The notes under the pieces are model-generated. The model made no database searches, was not told where the DNA came from, and saw only the letters and a program-made list of their open reading frames with translations. Below are positions 63,169-64,000 of a stretch of 64,000 nt of DNA, in pieces. The translations under genes were made by a program, and so were the position numbers. Each line of letters starts with the position of its first letter. Position 1 is the stretch's first letter. The stretch comes from Iphione sp. A-MEVVRFRX5 (lineage: Eukaryota), in NCBI GenBank assembly GCA_976226885.1, contig OZ320316.1:92442001-92506000 (forward strand). The letters run 5' to 3'.

Positions 63169-64000
63169 CTAATGGAGAAGAGAGGTTAAAGATTATCACT
63201 TTTGCTGCAGGATATTGACGTGGGCTATATATGTATATTAAATGATATGTTTCTGATGTCTAAACATTTTACAAAAAACATAGTTATTATTATATTAATC
63301 TCATATTATCTCTTGAGTAATTTTTTTGAGAGGGCCCAATATTCAAGCATTAAACGAAGGGCAAATATTATCTGCCTCAATATATGCAAAACAACTAATA
63401 TCGTGTAATATATGAGCACATTGTCTCCACTATACTGTAACAATAGAAGGAAACTGCGATGTAAACACTGTATTTGAAGTGTATATGTATGCAAACATAT
63501 AATGTGCCATGGAAATGTCCGTCCCTCTCTCATCGACTATGACTTGTATGTATGAAGCGTGGCACTGGTGTGCACAATCTCAAGGATCACTTTGTACTAA
63601 AAAGTGACATTTTAGTGTAATATGTGAGACTGGGCCATTTCAATAGGATGTATACAATGGACATGCTATGAAGAAAAACAGATTAAAGATCTAAATGTAC
63701 ATCTATAATAATTAAGATTAGTAGGCGTCATTCCCTTGTGTTTATCCACTTATGTGCTACCCTAATGAACACAAATAATATCTTCGTGTTGCAACAAGGA
63801 AATTCCGAGTGGAAAGACAGAGAACATACTGGCTGATCTGCATGCAAAATAGAATGGCTTCCTTTTGATTATGACATGGTTTTCCTGAAAACATTCGTTC
63901 AATTGTCCATGTTGCTGCATGACATAATGGGCCACATTTAACCACTCAGTATGAGCTGATTTAAGAATGAAAATATGTAATAGTCCTACTTGCAAATACC

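Overview
Animal (invertebrate bilaterian-like) genomic DNA with GT-AG introns; the species cannot be fixed from the sequence. (1) 1-~2790, minus strand: 5' part of an apparently intact non-LTR retrotransposon-like unit. It has a 655-aa ORF1p (coiled coil + RRM/CTD) fused at its C-terminus to a NADAR (YbiA-like) domain, followed 10 nt later by a separate SGNH/GDSL esterase ORF that runs off the window edge and is missing from the supplied ORF track. (2) 4467-31944, plus strand: 3' part of a very large gene with one 21,139-nt coding exon plus five small exons (at least 7,424 aa in the window). Its C-terminal coiled-coil blocks match STARD9/KIF16A from memory, but no START domain was found. (3) 42387->63168, minus strand: the last 21 exons of a ryanodine receptor gene (EF-hand to C-terminus, 894 aa), convergent with gene 2. 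RyR introns hold a decayed CR1/L2-type RT fragment, an array of duplicated splice donors and several local duplications. The best novelty candidate is the ORF1p-NADAR plus separate esterase element.
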